A stretch of 64,000 bases of DNA, from NCBI GenBank assembly GCA_025786725.1, contig JAHLTZ010000047.1:62001-126000 (forward strand), written 5' to 3'. The notes beneath the pieces are model-generated. The model did not search any database. It was not told the origin of the DNA and saw nothing but the letters and a program-made list of their open reading frames with translations. Of this stretch, positions 1 to 13,993 are shown piece after piece; the stretch's first letter is position 1; each line of letters opens with the position of its first letter. This DNA is from Syncephalis fuscata S228 (taxonomy: Eukaryota; Fungi; Zoopagomycota). The translations under genes and the position numbers were made by a program.

Positions 1-1075
1 TGAGGGGTGAAGCGACTTGGGTAAACCGAGACTAGTGTGACTGAGTCATCCTTGAAACGTCGTTGCATTGCCAATAAAGCTTGTTTGTAGTGCGGTACTT
101 ATTGCTATCGCCTAGTTGAATATAGGTCCATACTCTCCGTGTATGATGCCATCTATCGGCAAATGACTTGGCCGGTAGTTACACTTATACGTTGCTGAAC
201 ACACCGACCCTTGTATCTGCTAACTTTGGCGTTGTTTAGTAAATCGCTTAATAAAACCGATTCACCAATGGCCATTTATTAATACTGTTTTTTGATGCAG
301 TGTATCAGTTAGGCGTTGCATTAGCAGATGGCTACACCTGCCGCTTAGACGTCGCCTTGCTTACTACTACTACTACTACTATTACTACTTATCATTATCT
401 CCCGAGTTATTTCAATAACTACCCGAGAGAATTGAGCAATTAACGCCTTGAACTGCAAAGTCTACAGAGTGCATGTGACTGTTCACTATGACTATTCATT
501 TGCTCGTAATTGGTCCACGCCTCCCTTTTTGTTTCATACTATAAGAATCACTATATGGATATGTAACCTCAAAGAGTTTAAATAGCGTCGTTAACAATCA
601 ATATCGCCACTTTTACAAATCATATTATCACTCGTTTCTCACTTGCTACCATCTACGATTGTCGCAGCCGTATTACGGTAAATTCATTAAGCACTTTTTG
701 TCGTACATCTTTATATAATCTTACATACATAAACACGTCGTTATTCTTCTTTGTTTCAAGTCGGTCTTTTTTGTTCGTTGTACTTCTTTCGACACAATAA
801 CTACCGCAACAACAACAACAACACTCATATCAACCATATCATCCCCAATAGTTCAATTTCACTTTCTTATCTTAATAACATAGGTAACGGTGGCAGTGTT
901 AATTATCTAAGCCCATTTGTATTTCATTTCTACTCGTACTAAGTGATTATTGCTACGCTATTGTCTATTGATTAATCAATTGCCTTTATTTCATATAACC
1001 TCGCAAAAACAAAGGATTAGTTTCACTATCAATCTATCTATTTACATCTATTGCTATTGTATCAGTGCTTGTAAT

Positions 1076-3850
1076 ATGACTCCACCTCAAGTAGTTTTGG
1101 ATGAAAGTAAAGTTCAATTAAACCACCCATCGTTCAAGGCGTCCACTCTTTATTATTCGCTATTCAATAGTCCTTGTAGTGTCGCTACCCGTCTACCTGA
1201 AGAATGTCTTATCCACATTCTTTCCTTTCTACCATTGACTACGCTGTTAACGGTAACGCGCGGTACTTGTCGGCACTGGCGGCATCAACTTGTACCGCAT
1301 GCCGTATTGGCTGCGTTGCGCCGCCAACAAGCGCGGTGCACTGTTTATACAAACCCGCCTTACTTGAACTTTAGTTGGGTGTATAGCATGTCGCAGGCCG
1401 ACCGGCTTCACTTGTCGCCCGTATCGGTCGATCCCGCAAATGAAGTGGTGATCTTCAAAATGGCACGGCCCACAGACAAATCCGACTCGTCGATGGAAGG
1501 GTGGATGGGCACAGAGTCTGATGTAATCGACGCTGCCTTGCGAGCAGTACGGCATTTTAAAGTTGACTTTTCTGGCTGGCCCAGTGGCGCGTCGGCGCGC
1601 CGTTTTACTCGGCGCCAAATGAGAAATCGAGAACGGCGCCAAGAAGAAGCACTACGACTTGCTTCACTTATGTGGTACGAGTCGTCGCAGCAGCAGCAGC
1701 AGCAGCAGCGTCAACGTTCCTCTTCTGCTCACGAATCAATTACCCAAGCTGTCGATCATTTGTCGACGGAATCAGCTGCTGTATTACCGTCGAATTCATT
1801 ACTTACTACCAATCAGCTTCAGCATCTTCATTCGTTAACGCCATCCGTTCACACACTCGCCTCGTCCCATGCCGTTTTTGGTCCTATGAATGGAACAATG
1901 ACGCCGAATCGCTATAGTAATAGCCATAGTAGTCACAACAGTCACACTATAATGGAAAGCGGTGATCATTCTCACCATCACCACCACCACCACCACCATC
2001 ATGACCATGAATCGGATGATGAAGACGATGCTATTGTCGAAGTAACTGACCCGGCAAATCAAGGCTATGCTAATGTAGCTGCTGCCGCTGTCATGGATGC
2101 TGATGATCAAGAGCCAGGTACGAATGGACCTGTTAATTACAATTCAGTGGTGGTAGAGCCACCTGCACTAGCACCACCTCTACTGCCACCAATTATTGAT
2201 GTAGTTCCAAATGAAGATAATGAGCAGCCCGACGAAGTGGCTAATACAACTAACGATGAAGTATCAATATCAGTTAATTCTAGTTTATTGGCCACCATTA
2301 CTGATGAAGATAGTGCTGATAATAATGACGATGAAGATGTTGATGAAGACGATGAAGACGATGACGAATTGAACAGCGAAACAGACGATGGCTCAGCCGA
2401 AAATACCAATAATCCACAACCACCAACAGAGTTTGGATGGCATGAAGTTAATGCTGCCGATGAATGGGTACGGGCCTGGCACCGACTACACGCAACTTAC
2501 CGGCCTACTGTAGAGACTTTCTATACAGCTGAATCAATCCCCGGCTATCGACCATCAACCGGACTTAACGATTTATACGGGCTTAATTCTTCTAAAACAA
2601 CGCAAACATCATCAAATAAAAATATCGACTGTGTCGATGCGCTTATTACAGGTGGCTATACAGGCGATGCGGGCGTTTCTGTACGCTATGAACATCATCC
2701 AATATTTGGATTCCGTATTGTATGGATGCGTGTTTCTTTTGCATGGCTATTAAGTGGCTGGTTTGTGTCGGCACCCGATACACGTGGTCCTACTGCATCT
2801 TCAGTGCCCATGCCTACAGCCACTACTGTAGCTACGGCCACGGCCACTGCTATAGCCATGGCCCCGCTCATCTCTAATAGTGCCACTGCATATCGAGAAC
2901 GCCATGACACGCTATTGGCTCGATTACGCCAAAGAGCCCAAGCACTTGATCCGTATAGTCATGCCAGCATTACGCCATCGATGGGCCAGTCACTTGTCGG
3001 CTCTGATGGTACATGGCGTGGACCTGTTCGACCTATATTTTTACTTGACGGACCGGATGGTGTGGCGCCGCCTCGTAACGGCACATCACTGCTAGATCGA
3101 ACACGTCGTGGCCGTTTAATGTTGCGTCAATCGATGGACCGACTTAATACTAAAAGCAAAACACTTTATCGTAAACTGTCGTGTATTTCATTAAATAGTC
3201 ATGATAATGACAACGACACCGATAGTCATGACAGCAACGACAATGGCTATATTTATAAGATGGGACCACAAACATCTTTATTACCAACTTTACCGGAGCC
3301 AATGCCCAGGCCATATCAATCACCACCTCATCAAGTTCAGCCACCTATTTACGCATCAAGACTTTATCGATTACAAAAAGAGATTGAAGAGCAAGCAAAA
3401 CTACATCTTGCCAATAGGATATCGTCAGACGCCACTGCACTCTTTGATACGGCTCACGATACATCAAGTACACTTCATTGGCTTGTCGATCCGTATAATC
3501 CATTAACGATTGCTTGGTGCGCGGGTGAGCTTGACTGTTCGGTGGATGAATTCTTACGTTGGCAAACTAAGCAGCCAGCCATGATAACTAACGACTACAC
3601 ATCAGTAACGAAGAGTGCCGCTCGTCGTCGTCGTATGGTTGAAACTGGCTTGTGTATGATTGGCTGTGATCCATCGGCACTATGGAAGTATAAACACGCC
3701 AAGCGTTATATTATGCAAGGTGGTGGTGATCAATCGGTCGTTACAGTGGCTAGAGTAGCTGCTTCCGAACGAGCCTACGCTAAGCATTGGAAAGAAGTGG
3801 CCGCTGCACGTAATAGAATACGGGAACACCAACGCTTGTCGCGCCAATAA
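1076..3850 (+). CDS. F-box domain protein with long low-complexity (Q/H/D-rich) central region
   Basis: Intronless ORF. F-box motif RLPEECLIHILSFLPLTTLLTVTRGTCRHWR lies near the N-terminus; first ATG is at 1076 (the ORF track starts at an upstream TTG). Confidence 0.75.
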   Translation: MTPPQVVLDESKVQLNHPSFKASTLYYSLFNSPCSVATRLPEECLIHILSFLPLTTLLTVTRGTCRHWRHQLVPHAVLAALRRQQARCTVYTNPPYLNFSWVYSMSQADRLHLSPVSVDPANEVVIFKMARPTDKSDSSMEGWMGTESDVIDAALRAVRHFKVDFSGWPSGASARRFTRRQMRNRERRQEEALRLASLMWYESSQQQQQQQRQRSSSAHESITQAVDHLSTESAAVLPSNSLLTTNQLQHLHSLTPSVHTLASSHAVFGPMNGTMTPNRYSNSHSSHNSHTIMESGDHSHHHHHHHHHHDHESDDEDDAIVEVTDPANQGYANVAAAAVMDADDQEPGTNGPVNYNSVVVEPPALAPPLLPPIIDVVPNEDNEQPDEVANTTNDEVSISVNSSLLATITDEDSADNNDDEDVDEDDEDDDELNSETDDGSAENTNNPQPPTEFGWHEVNAADEWVRAWHRLHATYRPTVETFYTAESIPGYRPSTGLNDLYGLNSSKTTQTSSNKNIDCVDALITGGYTGDAGVSVRYEHHPIFGFRIVWMRVSFAWLLSGWFVSAPDTRGPTASSVPMPTATTVATATATAIAMAPLISNSATAYRERHDTLLARLRQRAQALDPYSHASITPSMGQSLVGSDGTWRGPVRPIFLLDGPDGVAPPRNGTSLLDRTRRGRLMLRQSMDRLNTKSKTLYRKLSCISLNSHDNDNDTDSHDSNDNGYIYKMGPQTSLLPTLPEPMPRPYQSPPHQVQPPIYASRLYRLQKEIEEQAKLHLANRISSDATALFDTAHDTSSTLHWLVDPYNPLTIAWCAGELDCSVDEFLRWQTKQPAMITNDYTSVTKSAARRRRMVETGLCMIGCDPSALWKYKHAKRYIMQGGGDQSVVTVARVAASERAYAKHWKEVAAARNRIREHQRLSRQ

Positions 3851-4184
3851 TTATAAGGTATTGCAAATACGGGATGGGCCATAAGCGATTAAGATTATTA
3901 TTATATCGTTATTTTATTAATCATTGATTATTTTTCTTTTTCTATACATATTTTTAAATTTTACAATAAACCTTCACTTGTTCATTATTAAATTACTAAT
4001 AGCCGTTATTGATAGTAATTGTCATCGTCACTTTAATTCTACAAATAAAAGAGCAAAATGATTATTGCATTACTATTTTTATGATTACGCACAAACAAAT
4101 ACGAAATAATCTTAATGAATAACAGAGAAAATAGAAGAAAAACCAAGTAATGAATATCCTAAATAAACAGTCGTCGTTTCTTAA

Positions 4185-7100
4185 TCAACGCCAAATGGGC
4201 CGGTTACGCGTTACTTTCTCCGCCGATGAATTGCTACTAGTGTTACTTGTGCGTCTTGATTGGCGTGCTTTCGATGATAGGCTTTCGTCGAATGAATTGT
4301 TGCCTTTATTGGCTAGGACAGCCGGTAAGGGTAGAATATCTGTACTTACGGTTTGTCGACGATGTCGGCGCTGTAGTCGATCAGCCGTGGCCGATGAATA
4401 TTCATTTTCCTTTGATGTGTTTGCTCTACGTGATTGTAATAGTTGCATAGCCCGTGTATTAGTCGTCGATGATTTACCACTATTGCTGCCGCTTGTTGTT
4501 GTACTGGATGTTAATAGATTTTGAATCGTACTCGATCGAGTAATCATTGATGTACGCCGTGATGTATGTGATACTTGGCTTCTACTATGGCCCAATAGTG
4601 AGGCATTTGCTTTATCATAAGTATTTGGCAAAGCCATTAATGAAATATCGCCTGGATTAGATGATTTGGCCATACTGCGTTCAAGTCGGCCAAGAACACC
4701 GGTAACAAATGATTCTCCCATGGCTCGACTGCGCCGACGGGCTCTTGTCTCGCGAATGGGTCCACTGCCACCATCACTGCCGGGTGTTGATGGTGATCGG
4801 TGTTCATTTTTAGTCGTGTTATATTCATTAGAACGGCGCTTTTCAAACGATGTATTTACTGAGGTGCCCATTGATACATTGGATGATTGGCGTGATGACG
4901 TAGTTTCTTTAAAAAAATTTGGATCTTTTACTGATGTTGATCCACTTGTATTAGGCGATGATCGACTACGTTTACTGTTGTATACCGGTGAAATACGACG
5001 ATTAATGAGCCGTTGTGTGTCTTGACTTTGCTGTTGTTGTTTTAAATGATCATTATTACCAGTGTTAAAGGTTATATCAGCTGATGTATCTTCAATAGGA
5101 CGCTTGGATGATAGCATTGCAGCCTCGGTTCTTGGGCTAATAATAACTACAGATTTGCCGTGACCGCCTGGTCTTTTGGGACGGTTTGGATCTTTAAGAC
5201 TTGAACGTAATAATACTGGTGATGGATGTTTAGTAGATCTATTACCGCTATGGTCATTATTACTATGATTGGCAGTTACGCGGCGTGTATTACTGCCTGC
5301 TAATAGCGATGTAGACCCCGTGATGGATGTAGCAGCTGCCGTTAATGCTGCACCTAATAGCGATGCAGTTCGTGGACCAGTAATAAGTCGACGGGCACCA
5401 GTCATAACGGCCGATTTAACTGGTGTAAGACGGCGACGACGAGCTGGTGAGGATACAACACGTTGTATCGGTACTGAGCGCTGTGGTGCACCAATATTTA
5501 CACTAACATTACCGGCCATCTCAGCTGCAACAGCTGGACGACGAATACTTGATAACATTCGAGTAACTGCATTATAGTCAAGTTGACCGCTAGTACCACT
5601 ACTTAAAACGGTACTTGGTCGAGATTGAACTGCCGATGTATTTACATCATTGAACGTGTTGTTATTGCTATTGCTATTGTTATTACTGTTGTCGTTATTG
5701 TTATGCAAGATTGAAGTATTTGTATGTTGTAATGATGGTTTACTGTTTGTGCTATTTACAGTCTGTTGATTAATCGTGGCCGGTTTGATTGTATTTGATG
5801 GCTCATTTGACAGATTAATAAGCTGTGTTAATGAAGTAAATGACTGAATGGCCTGCATATAAATATCATTCATACTGGATAATTGAGCATTGCCTTCCTC
5901 GCCCCATGACTCGGCCATACGTAAACAAGCACGTAGACTGGCTAGCTGTAATGCATTACTTTTGGCAAATTCAGCTAAACAGCTTGATACACGTACAAGT
6001 TGTTGTTGCGAGGCAGTTAGTGCCTTTTCTAAACGTGTATTGGCGGCCATCAATTCAAGTCGGTCACGTTCTCTATTGAATTCACGCTGTGCCAATTCAC
6101 GCTCACGTCGACGCATTCCCGGGAAATCTGTGGCCATAATCCGGGCGGCATTGGCACGCTGTTCCGATAGCAGTGTTTCAGCACGATGACGCTGCTGCTG
6201 CATTTGCTCAGTACGTGTTGTAGCATCTGATAAAATCTGCTCCGCTGTTTGATAGAAAGATGCTGCCGTTGCTGCCGTGTGTGGATCTTTAGACTGATAA
6301 TTATCAAATGCCTTACACCAAGCCGACATCCACGCTTGCTGTTGCTGGTATGCCTCAACTGCAAATGCGGCCTCAGCAAACTCACCTTCTGTTGTATGGC
6401 TAACCGTGTAAGTACGTGCTAATCGTTGCAATTCCTTATCTACAGCCACTCGACTTGATGGTGTTAAACCATGGTCATTAGTTGCTGCAGTATTGGCTGA
6501 TGAGCTGGTAGCTGTTGTGTTTACAGTTCTTGCAACGCGTGCAGCAGTTGCTGTATGACTTGTTGTAGATGGACCAGTGCGTACAAGGCGTAGTTTGCGC
6601 TTCAATTCAGCCACTTCACCTTTCAACTCTGTGATAATACGACGATATTGTGATACGTGCATAGTGACATTGACTGTGTTGCGTGCCACCTTCGTTTTAA
6701 TATTCTTTGCCCGATTTGCATATTTGAGTGTATTGTGTGTTTCTTCGTAGTGAATAGAACATGGACTCACACAAACGATCATAACAGTACGACAATTGCC
6801 GCCCAATGAGAATTTAAGCAATCGGGTTAATTTACTGTCACGGTATGGAATATGTGCTGATTTACGTTCATCACACAAAGCATTAATACAATTACCCAAT
6901 GCTAATTAAATATATTAATAAAATGATTACATTGTTTATAATTATAACCAAATACTTACCAAGTAATGATCGATTAATACTAGCACCTATATACATATAC
7001 ATACATACATACATATATTATTAATTAATATTGGGTTTATCTATTTAATATATCATTACCTTCAAGCAAACGACCACCAGTATTTTTAGTAACACTAGCA

Positions 7101-8336
7101 CGTTCACTACCAGCTAGATCAATAATGCTCATAGTGGCTACTGTGACATTACTGCTGATACTGGCTGAGCGTGGACGACGGCGTACATTGACTTGTAGAA
7201 CAGCATGAGAACGTGATGATACAGCATTGGCACAGGTAGGTGACATGGCACGGTTCTTATTACCAAGTATCAATAGACGCATTACTTCTTCCGGCTATTA
7301 AAATAAACAATTAAATATTAAGGTTAGATAGTAGAATGTATAGACTAATGTTAACAACTTGCCGTTTTTGGATTATGTTCACTTAGACCAGCAACCATGA
7401 CACCACGTTGATCTTCTCGTAATGCTAATGGCCGTCCTCGACCACCTTCACTTATAAGTAGATCGCAAATAGTTTCATTATAGACTTCAAGGTAGGATAT
7501 AGATAGTTCAGTCGATATATCCTCTTCATTGGCTTGCATTTTCTCAAATAACTCTCGCATAGTAAGAAAGATAATACCTGGATCATCTGATGTGCCACTA
7601 TATAATATAGTATCAATATTAATGTAATTAATTAAATTGTAAATTATAATATAAATTGTAATAAGTTACCTAATTGTATGTGTTTTACCGCACCCAGTTG
7701 CCTATTTAATGATTTAATTAATATTAATATCATTAATTTAATAGTATAGTTAACACTTACACCATAAGCAAATACTGTAACATTATATCCATTCAATACT
7801 GATGTAATTAGATTTTTAGTAGTACCGGCAAATACTTGTTCTTGACTTGCTTCTTCGTTAAAAACCCGATCAAAGGCAAATCGAATATCTTTGCATCGAC
7901 GTCCACCAGTGGGTCCATTTAACCGGCCACCACTCATATTGTTACTTGAAGTAGTAGGTCGATCCAAAGTACTAGGTGGATCAAATACAAGCATTCGGTC
8001 ATCAATGACAGATATTACTTTACGAAGAGCGGCTCCGTTGGAACTAGTATCGCTTGAAGAAAGAGCTGCGTTTGAATTGAAAGCATATTGACTTTGTGAT
8101 TCCGTTGGTATCATACCACGCTCTTTCTCCGTAAGAGGGCGAACCCGTATAGCAACAGTAATTGACGAAGTAACTGGATTGTCATCGCTTTCACTGGGAT
8201 TGGTGGCCGGTGCTGTGGCGGCCGTAGTTGCGGACTGAGCATTCTGGTCGGGGTTCTCGATCAGACTAGTCGCGTCATTATCTTGTTCTGTCATAGTAGC
8301 GTCGAGGTCTTTGTCTACAGTATCGCCATAAGCCAT
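4185..8336 (-). CDS. KIP3: Kinesin-8 (Kip3/KIF18-like) motor protein, multi-exon
   Basis: Motor motifs [54 protein letters not shown] and [31 protein letters not shown], spread over exons joined by short introns; then coiled coil and a disordered tail. Confidence 0.9.
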
Positions 8337-9374
8337 AGTTGCAAGCTATTTGCAATATGTCTGCTTTGCGTAGAATAAATTGTCAGTCCCAAACAAGTTG
8401 GCAATGGGCTGGGTTGGGTTGGGTTGATGCGTGGTGTAAATAATCACCTCCAACTTAATCAACTAGATTCACTAAGATAATAATACCAACAACCTAATGC
8501 ACGTATAGTATCATGTAACTGGAGAATAAAACAAAGTAGACGACGTTGCAGACAAAAAAGATAGTCGGTAACAGTATGGTAGAAAAGAAGGAAATAGATT
8601 ATGTGTGTATTTATTGAACACGAAAATTGTGTCAAAACAATAACAACACAAATAGACGCGTTGATTGGTCGAGGAATTCACAATGAATTTGTGATCTATG
8701 AAATACAAAAGTAACATCATTATTATTAGAGTAGAACTGACATTGTGTCATTTTACGCAATCGATCATAATAATTTAAATAGTTGATTTGTGTTTAAATC
8801 ATCATTCATAATAAACATAAAGTAACATCATTATCATTATCATTAGAATAGAAATGACATAATGATAAATAAATGTTAGTAAGAGTTTGTGGATTATATT
8901 TTCAATATTATAATAAATCAGGTTTGTTAAGTCAATCTACTAAATATGATATAAAATGCTTAGTTTAAGCCTTGTAATTAATAAAAACGTTTTAAGGCGA
9001 TATATTGACACTGATCGTTTCTTTGTTTGATAAAATGTATCATGTGAATAAAAGACATAAAAATATGTATTAATATAATAGGACTGATAGAAAATCTGTA
9101 GATTAATTTTTGTATAAAATAAAACATCAAACCATTGATAAGTATGAGGCCAAAGTTTTAAATTCGGTAATAAGAGTTCGGCTTTTAAATAAACCGCACT
9201 GCGGTATTAATCAAACCTAAATTTGGCACATAACACGGTGAAACCGTTAGTCGAAATTGGCAAGTACCACATGGTTAGAGCAAGGATATGTAACCTATAT
9301 AAAGGGACAGTTTTTGTTACTTTCATCATCAAGTTTTATCGCTATTATATCATTTTGTTAACAATTTTACTGCC

Positions 9375-10612
9375 ATGATGTTCCTTGGACGTAGATTAGG
9401 CAATGCTGCCTTTACAAGTTTTGTTATAAATTTACTTATCGCTTATCAGCCTATACTGGGTGACAATACAGAAGTAGGATCCAGTAGCCGTAGTAGCCAG
9501 AAGAGCGGTAAATAATGCGTACTTCCACTATGCTATACGGCTTATTTTGTTGTAATGGTGTAATATAGGAAATACCATTTTTGATAACATCGGTGAACCT
9601 AATCCTTTTGGTCAAAAAGATCTCACTATTACAAGTGACAATATAAATGATCGCAAAGCTATACAGATTGCTCGAGGTTTATACAAATCTAAAGATGTCC
9701 ATGTTACTTGCGCACGTATCAATGGTGAGCAGTTCCCAGAGATGCAAGCATACAAAGTAGGTCATAAACAAAATAAACATTAATATGGTACTTACAGTCA
9801 AATAACTATGCTAGAGCCTTAAGGACCTTCAGGGCACCGTAGAAAATGCTGATGGTGCAGAGTTTGTTAAGCAGGTAGTACACGACTTTGAATGGAATGG
9901 TATGCAGTGTTTTGTTACTCCCTCAAGATGCGATAAAACCTTGGAGTATTACACTGCTCATATACCAAATCAACAAAAACATGACCTGCTTTTAAAGCTA
10001 ATGATTCAAGTTTTACATGGTATGTGGCGATAGGCTAATGCAAGTGTGGCTTACTAATAATTACGGTAATCATAGGAACTGCCTATTTGCATCGACACAA
10101 TACCACATACAATGATTTTACGCCCACCAGTGAGTATAGCTAGTGTTCCGTAGTATAGTTAGTTATATTGATGTGCTATTCTAGCTATTTGTGTCAACTC
10201 GGACAAGCGCAGTGAGCCAAAAGCTTTGCTTTTTAATTTCAAAAAGTCTTCTTTTTTGAAGTTTGTAACAGAAAAAAAGGTATTTCTCAACTTTCCACAT
10301 AGACCATATGTGCTTGACTCACAAGAGTGGAAAATGGAGCAATATGTTGACATGCGTAAGCAAGATCTATGGAATATTGCAGCACTATTTTACGCACTTC
10401 TTTTCAACATCTCTCCCTACAAAGATAGCCAAAAACTATACGAACATCGTGAAGATATGACATCATTTAACCTACGAAGATTTACTTCAATTCAGTATCG
10501 TTCTAGACTGCTAACCAAAATGATAAAAGATATGCTTGTCTGGAACAGCAAAGAACGTCCTACTCCAGAAGAGTATTTAGAAAGTGCCAAATTTATTAGC
10601 GAATCTAAATAA
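9375..10612 (+). CDS. Secreted protein-kinase-fold protein, predicted pseudokinase (5 exons)
   Basis: Hand-spliced: hydrophobic leader MMFLGRRLGNAAFTSFVINLLIAYQPILG; VHVTC at the VAIK position; AYLHRHNTTYNDFTPT (catalytic loop); LLFNFK (DFG position); DLWNIA; KERPTPEE. Confidence 0.75.
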
Positions 10613-11163
10613 ATTGCAATGTTACTACTGTTAATTTAATGCAATTGGATGGCAACAGCGAAATTCCAATTGGTTTTTTATGGCATAAAATGACCACGTT
10701 CTTTTTGCGTAATTTGAATTGTGATTGATACATGAGACTTTAAAACGCCGCTTTTCGGATGATATATATCGCCATTAAACTGCTACCATTTTAAACTAAA
10801 TAGATCACTAACTCTAAAACAGCTTATCAACTTTTAAATCCACAGTTTTCTAAAATAACTATTAATCTTATTTACTGTTTTTAAGTTGTACTCCAAAATA
10901 GTTTATTCAATTTGGTGGCATAGTTATTCTACATAGCCATAACTATAACGATCACGGGGACAGTCATTTCTATTTGTGGAATAATAGCGTTTCATATTCA
11001 TTTGCCGTTGTTTCTTTTACAGCTTCAGTAAGAACATGCTTTTTGTATCACCATAGTATAAATGCAGGCAACTTACAACACCAATATTGAGCACCATTAG
11101 CTCCCTCCCCAAATAAACAAGCCGCTTCTCTCACTTCTCTTAACGCACTTTTAAACGTGAATC

Positions 11164-12413
11164 ATGCTATCCTCCTATCGCTCTATGAAGCTTATAGCCG
11201 CTATGTGCATTCTGGCAAATGCATTATCGATTGATGCCGCAGTAACCCAAGTAACGACAAATCAAGCCAATGGTGTGTACCACCGGCTGCTTTTATCACC
11301 AAGTACTAATTTATTTCTAAACTATAGATGGACTTGCAAGCCTTATCGCCGAAAACCAAAACAACAAACAAATTACGGCTAGTCTAAGTAAAAAAATAGA
11401 TTTTTCTCTCCCAGGAGTTAGATACAAGAAAGACCTGGTTCATTTTCGATGTGTTTTCGATCCAACAAGAATACAGAACGAAATGAGTATAAGCAGCGTA
11501 AGTTAGAAATACACGCATATGTGTTTTTACTTTAATAAAACCGATCTTTTATATTCTTATAGTATCTCGTTTCAAATCCTCAAAGTATAAATACACAAGG
11601 TCGAGACAGTATTAAGACATATCAAAACACCTTTGTGGTCGATGGTGGTCGCTGCTTTACATGGCCAATTGGGGATTATCAGCCGCTAATTGATCTAGCA
11701 AAACTACCTTCAGAAAAAAAGGCAGCGCTGTTACCTAATATTGCTGAAGCAATGGTATCAGGTATGCAATGATTAAATCATCTTATCACTGTTATGTACT
11801 AATATAGTTGCATTTGTAGCTGTTCATTCTTTACATCTTCGTGGATTCTATCAGGGAAATCTTACACCTAGCAGTAAGTTGATGCATTACCAAGTAGATG
11901 CACACTTATTAATATGTGTTAATAGACTTTTTGATCAACAAAAACTATCAAACGAATACTGCAGATATTGTGCTCACAGGATTTGGATATTCAGGTCGTT
12001 TGCATGAGCAAAATATGCCAGCGGTACTTTCTAAGGATGAGTGGTTTTTATACAAGTCGCCGGAATCGTTTGGCTCTAACGTAATTGACATGAAAAAGCA
12101 CGATATGTACGGACTGGGCGCAAATCTTTTTCACTTGATCTCAAATAATCCTCCACATCTCGCACTATACAAGCAAGCCAAATCGCTTGAGCTATTTAGT
12201 AAAACAATGCAAAATATTCAACGACTAGGTGATCTCGACTTCCAACTCAACCAATTGAATGATCCAGATAGAAACACCCTTAGTTTCTGTATTCTTTTGA
12301 TGCAAAAAATGATGGCGCCAATGGTTGATCAAAGAATGTCTTTGGATGCGTTTCTGAAAAATTTTGAATCGTATCGTCTAACCAATGAAGCGGCTAACAA
12401 AGCGTATTTCTAA
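11164..12413 (+). CDS. Secreted protein-kinase-fold protein, predicted pseudokinase (5 exons)
   Basis: Signal peptide MLSSYRSMKLIAAMCILANALSIDA; VHFRC; LHLRGFYQGNLTPSN; IVLTGFG; YKSPE; DMYGLG; QRMS. Intron positions and phases match the upstream neighbour. Confidence 0.78.
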
Positions 12414-12635
12414 ACAATGAATGGGCGGGTTATTACTTGTCCTATTTAAATTAAAATATATTTTCTAAAAGTCTTGGGCGATTTATTTAAAAATAATAGG
12501 TGTGCCACATCTATAGAGGTGTTAAAGCAATAAATGTCAGTGGTGTAAAAGTGAAGCAAAAAAGCTATACGAATAAGTAATTGTGTAAAATAGTACGGGG
12601 ATCATTGGGTGGTTGTTTAATTATAACATTATTCA

Positions 12636-13993
12636 TTAGTGTGCCATGCAGCCATAGCTGAATCGATGGGCGTGATAATGAAGAGAGGCACGGTACTGAT
12701 ACCAGATGCCGGCAACAACAAACATATGCCAGAATTGGTGAGAACTGCCCCAACGATCAAACCATCCGGGGAAAAGTCTTTCCGGGTAATGGTTTGCATA
12801 AACAAACACGCCACTAAGATACATGGCAAGTGACCAAAAAAGTGGGGTAATAAAATGGAACGTAGCTTCTAAGCCGCGTGAATTGATAAGATGTAATAGT
12901 GGGAATAAGCCTGCGCCGCCCATAAGTACGAAAATGCCTGTGCGTACCAAACGGAATTCTAATATGATTCATCAGACAATAACTAATAAGTTGTCGTCGT
13001 TTAAGTATTAGCTAGCTGGTGGCCTACCTTTGCTATCAAACCAATCAAACCATGGTAGAACAAACCCAATAGCACCGACAATACCAGCGGTTGTCATATA
13101 TAAGCGTGCCAAAGATTCGTCACAATAGAAGCCGTAGTAGGCAGTTACCATGACCGAGGCAGAAATAAGCAGCGAAATACCAATATAATCCAAGGTGGCC
13201 GCTCGCTTCATAACGGTAAGTCGTACGTGGCAGGTGAACGTGTGGAATAGTACGGAGCAGCATAAACATTTTGTGGCAGCAATAAAAAAGAAGAGAAAAA
13301 TAAAGTGATCGCCAAGAGTTGCTTGTGGTAACTGATTCAAATGGCAGTAAATAGCAATACAAAGGACAAAAAGTGCACCTAGCAAGTGCGTCCATATGTT
13401 GCCAGTCTCATTATGTCTAAAATAGACAGATAGAAATTAAATTGAATAAATAATTAGCTACCTAAAAAGTTAATTTATATAATTACTTACAAGCGAAATA
13501 TGCTTAAAAGACATTCTTTTTTTGATGCAACGAATCGATAGCTGTATTACAATCATAATGATTAGAAATTGCATATCGCTATTTGTGAATAATTTATAGT
13601 AACATACCCTGTTAAAATGTATTGATTTTCTTGCCATTCGCGGGGAAGCTCCTCAAATGATAGCAAACGATCAACACCGATGTTGGCAGCGTAGCGATAC
13701 CGTTCGACTGCCGTTTCAGCCACTTCAAACAAACGCTCTTCCTTCTCTTCCATAAAAGCAATAACTCGACTACGGTACTCGTCCGCATAGCTTTTAATAA
13801 GTTCTTCCTTGGTCGAGATATATGTCAATGTTGCCGAGCGGATATGGCGCGCAGTGGACGTAACAGTCGAGGCAGCTGCAGTCGCAGTGGCCGCGATAGG
13901 TACTGCTGCACCTGTGGCCGTTGGCACGGCGGCCAAAGTAACCGAGGGAGTGGTGCGGTGGCCGCGGCGGCGAGTATTGTTCGTCGTAGACAT
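12636..13993 (-). CDS. PAQR / haemolysin-III family membrane protein (IZH/adiponectin-receptor-like)
   Basis: Spliced motifs ELPREWQENQYILTGY, HNETGNIWTH, SVLFHTF, LDYIGIS, PERLFPGWFD and SHQFWH. Confidence 0.9.

Noticed and set aside
38-50. Palindrome TGACTGAGTCA containing an AP-1/Gcn4-like site
   Set aside because: A single short motif with no supporting context.
4150-6385. Several short ORFs overlapping the kinesin tail
   Set aside because: Antisense or alternative-frame shadows of a long coding exon.
8706-8862. Imperfect ~40-bp direct duplication (AAGTAACATCATTA...AGAA.TGACAT)
   Set aside because: Short AT-rich local duplication with no evident function.
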